Of a stretch of DNA of 64,000 bases, positions 61,772 to 64,000 are shown one piece after another. The stretch covers positions 1,600,001-1,664,000 of the forward strand of contig OZ255721.1 of the NCBI GenBank assembly GCA_965277285.1, in the 5' to 3' direction. This DNA comes from Abditibacteriaceae bacterium. GTDB lineage: Bacteria > Armatimonadota > Abditibacteriia > Abditibacteriales > Abditibacteriaceae. The position numbers and the translations under genes were made by a program. Below the pieces are notes generated by a model that was given only the letters and a program-made list of their open reading frames with translations, did not search any database and was not told the origin of the DNA. The number at the start of each line of letters is the position of its first letter. Positions within the stretch are counted from its first letter, which is position 1.

Positions 61772-63205
61772 ATGGCACAAACGAACGAAAAAGCCGCTTT
61801 CGTCGAACCGATTCAATTTGGCACCGATGGCTGGCGCTCGGTCATCGCCGACACTTACACCTTCGACAATGTGCGTGTCATCGCCGCAGCACTGGCGCAA
61901 CACCTTCTCAAAAACCAGAAAGCGAACGTGCCAAACGGCGTCGCCATCGGTTATGACACGCGTTTTTTGTCGCAGGAATTCGCGCGCGCCACAGCGCAAA
62001 CTCTGGCACAAAACGGCGTTCCGGCACTTTTGTCGAACCGCGATTGTCCGACGCCCGCTATCGCGTGGGCGACGCGCAGTCGCAATTGCGCAGCGGGCGT
62101 GATGATTACCGCTTCGCACAATCCGCCCAAATATAACGGTTTCAAGTTTTTGTTGCCCCAAGGTCGCGGCGCTGATAAAGCCTCGACTCAAAGCGTCGAA
62201 AGTTTTCTGCGCAAGAAATCGAGTACTCGAATTGAACCGGCGAGCGTCACCGAGTTCGATCCGCGCCCCGCTTTCATGGAACAATTGCGTAACGTGATTG
62301 ATACCGATTTATTGCGGCGCGCTAAAGGCAAAGCGGTTTGCGATTTCGTGCACGGCGTCGGGCGCACTTACTTAGATGACTTTCTGCGCGAATGTAACTG
62401 GAAAGTGACGACGTTGCGCGGCGAACCCGACCCGATGTTCGGCGGCATTTTGCCCGATCCGGCGAACCCGCTTTGTCACAAAGACTTGCAGGAAATGGTT
62501 CTCAAAACCAAATCCGATCTGGGTTTGGCCAACGATCCCGACGCCGACCGTTTTGGCGCCGTCGATTCGACTGGCGAATATATCACGCCGAATCAAGTTC
62601 TGGCGCTGGTTTACGTGCATTTGCTGGAACATCGCGGATTGGAAGGCGCTGTGGCGCGCACCGTTGCGACGACGTGTTTATTGGACGCGATTGCGCACAA
62701 GCATCATCAGCAAGTAATTGAAACGGCGGTTGGTTTCAAATGGCTGGGCGAAAAAATCGACGACGGCGAAGCGATTTTGGGCGGCGAAGAATCGGGCGGT
62801 TTGAGTATTGCGAACCATTGCCCGAACAAAGACGGTATCGTCGCCGATTTACTGATCGCCGAAGTCTTCGCGGCGGACAAAAACAAAACGCCACTCAGCG
62901 AACGCTACGCGCAAATCATGAAGAAATATGGCGCGTTTCATTCCGACAGAATCGACGTTCATTTGACGACCGAAGCCAAAGACAAATTGATGAACGGAAT
63001 GAAAAGCGCGCCGCCGACTGAATTTGCGGGCGTCAAAGTGGCGGACGTGGTCACAATTGACGGCGTAAAGTTGAACCTGGAAGACGGCTCGTGGTTGCTC
63101 TTACGCGCCAGTGGAACCGAACCTTTGGTGCGCGTTTACTTTGAAGCGCGCGGCAAAGGTCGCCTGAAAGAATTGCGCAAAGCCGCCGCAGAATTGAACG
63201 CATAG
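61772..63205 (+). CDS. Phosphoglucomutase/phosphomannomutase family protein
   Basis: FGTDGWR, GYDTRF, ITASHNP, NDPDADR, GGEESGG, RASGTEP. Confidence 0.93.
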   Translation: MAQTNEKAAFVEPIQFGTDGWRSVIADTYTFDNVRVIAAALAQHLLKNQKANVPNGVAIGYDTRFLSQEFARATAQTLAQNGVPALLSNRDCPTPAIAWATRSRNCAAGVMITASHNPPKYNGFKFLLPQGRGADKASTQSVESFLRKKSSTRIEPASVTEFDPRPAFMEQLRNVIDTDLLRRAKGKAVCDFVHGVGRTYLDDFLRECNWKVTTLRGEPDPMFGGILPDPANPLCHKDLQEMVLKTKSDLGLANDPDADRFGAVDSTGEYITPNQVLALVYVHLLEHRGLEGAVARTVATTCLLDAIAHKHHQQVIETAVGFKWLGEKIDDGEAILGGEESGGLSIANHCPNKDGIVADLLIAEVFAADKNKTPLSERYAQIMKKYGAFHSDRIDVHLTTEAKDKLMNGMKSAPPTEFAGVKVADVVTIDGVKLNLEDGSWLLLRASGTEPLVRVYFEARGKGRLKELRKAAAELNA

Positions 63206-63210
63206 ACCTA

Positions 63211-63289
63211 TAATCCAGCGAACCCGAAGCGTGAGCGAGGGAGATAGTTTGAGAATCTCCCTCGCTCACGCTTCGGGTTCGCTGGATTA
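63211..63289. repeat. REP/REPIN-like hairpin family C, copy 4
   Basis: taatccagcgaacccgaagcgtgagcgagggagat...atctccctcgctcacgcttcgggttcgctggatta. Confidence 0.85.
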
Positions 63290-63323
63290 CAAGTTCATTG
63301 ATGCAGATCGAGTACTGAATATT

Positions 63324-64000
63324 ATGAAAAAACGAGTTTTGTCGTTGCCGCCGTTGTCGCACATCGCCACCATGTTCGAGGAAGAAACCTGGGCGTGCCT
63401 GCGTGAAGAGTTCGAGGTTTATGAAAATGCGTCGTTCGAGCCGATGCCAGCCGAAGAAGTCGCGGCTCGTTTGCGCGAATGCGATGCGGTTTTGACCGAT
63501 CCCGATTCGCCGTCGTTTACGCGCGAAAGTCTGGAAAGCGCGAATGACTTAAAAATCATCGCGCACACGGCGGGCAGCGCCAAAGATATTTTAAGCGAAG
63601 AACTGGTGCACGATATTTTGATTCCGCGCGACATCGTAGTCTTTTCCGGCAACGACGGATTGGCTTTGAACGTCGCGGAAAGTACGGTCGGTTTAATGAT
63701 CGCGGCCAGCCGGCGCTGGAACGAGCACGTCGCGTATTACCGCAACACGCGGCGCTGGAGCGACGATTTGCCGCGCAACGGGCAATTTCTGTCCGGCGCG
63801 ACGGTTGGTCTGGTTTCGGCTTCGGCAGTAGCGCGCCATGTGATTCGTCTGCTGCAACCATTTGGCTGCGAGATTTTAGTTTTCGATCCGTTTTTGTCGG
63901 GCGAAACAGCGCGCAGCCTGGGCGTTTCGAGTACGGGATTGGACGAATTGTGCGAGCGCAGCGACATCATCAGCGTTCATGCGCCTTCGCTGCCCGCCAC
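63324..64000 (+). CDS. Partial D-isomer-specific 2-hydroxyacid dehydrogenase family protein
   Basis: Manual translation: LKIIAHTAGSAK, ALNVAESTVGLM, GATVGLVSASAVAR, LVFDPF, LDELCERSDIISVHAPSLP; runs off the window. Confidence 0.85.
   Translation, partial: MKKRVLSLPPLSHIATMFEEETWACLREEFEVYENASFEPMPAEEVAARLRECDAVLTDPDSPSFTRESLESANDLKIIAHTAGSAKDILSEELVHDILIPRDIVVFSGNDGLALNVAESTVGLMIAASRRWNEHVAYYRNTRRWSDDLPRNGQFLSGATVGLVSASAVARHVIRLLQPFGCEILVFDPFLSGETARSLGVSSTGLDELCERSDIISVHAPSLPA

Overview
Bacterial chromosomal window of moderately high GC. Two prepilin/DUF1559/H-X9-DG proteins with the [18 protein letters not shown] signature point to an Armatimonadota/Abditibacteriota-like organism (inference). 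Content in order: an alpha-glucan locus (CBM48 lipoprotein, LacI, GH13, malQ) with two pseudopilin-like genes; a xylFGH-type ABC transporter with GH125; an McrBC-like type IV restriction pair; MFS; GH43; a complete IS1595-family element with passenger genes; a GlnR-like regulator, P-II and glnA cluster; an exopolysaccharide locus; then gmhA, murQ, argS, a glmM-like mutase, secreted OB-fold repeat proteins, LptF/G and PGM. The dominant unexplained signal is the 12-bp palindrome TCGAGTACTCGA. I counted by eye 47 perfect and 12 one-mismatch copies, about one per kb and quasi-regularly spaced. They sit in most intergenic gaps and inside genes in all three reading frames, but not in the IS. Several REP/REPIN/MITE hairpin families are also present, one of which splits a gene. 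I saw no rRNA, tRNA or CRISPR array. All counts are manual and need computational confirmation.
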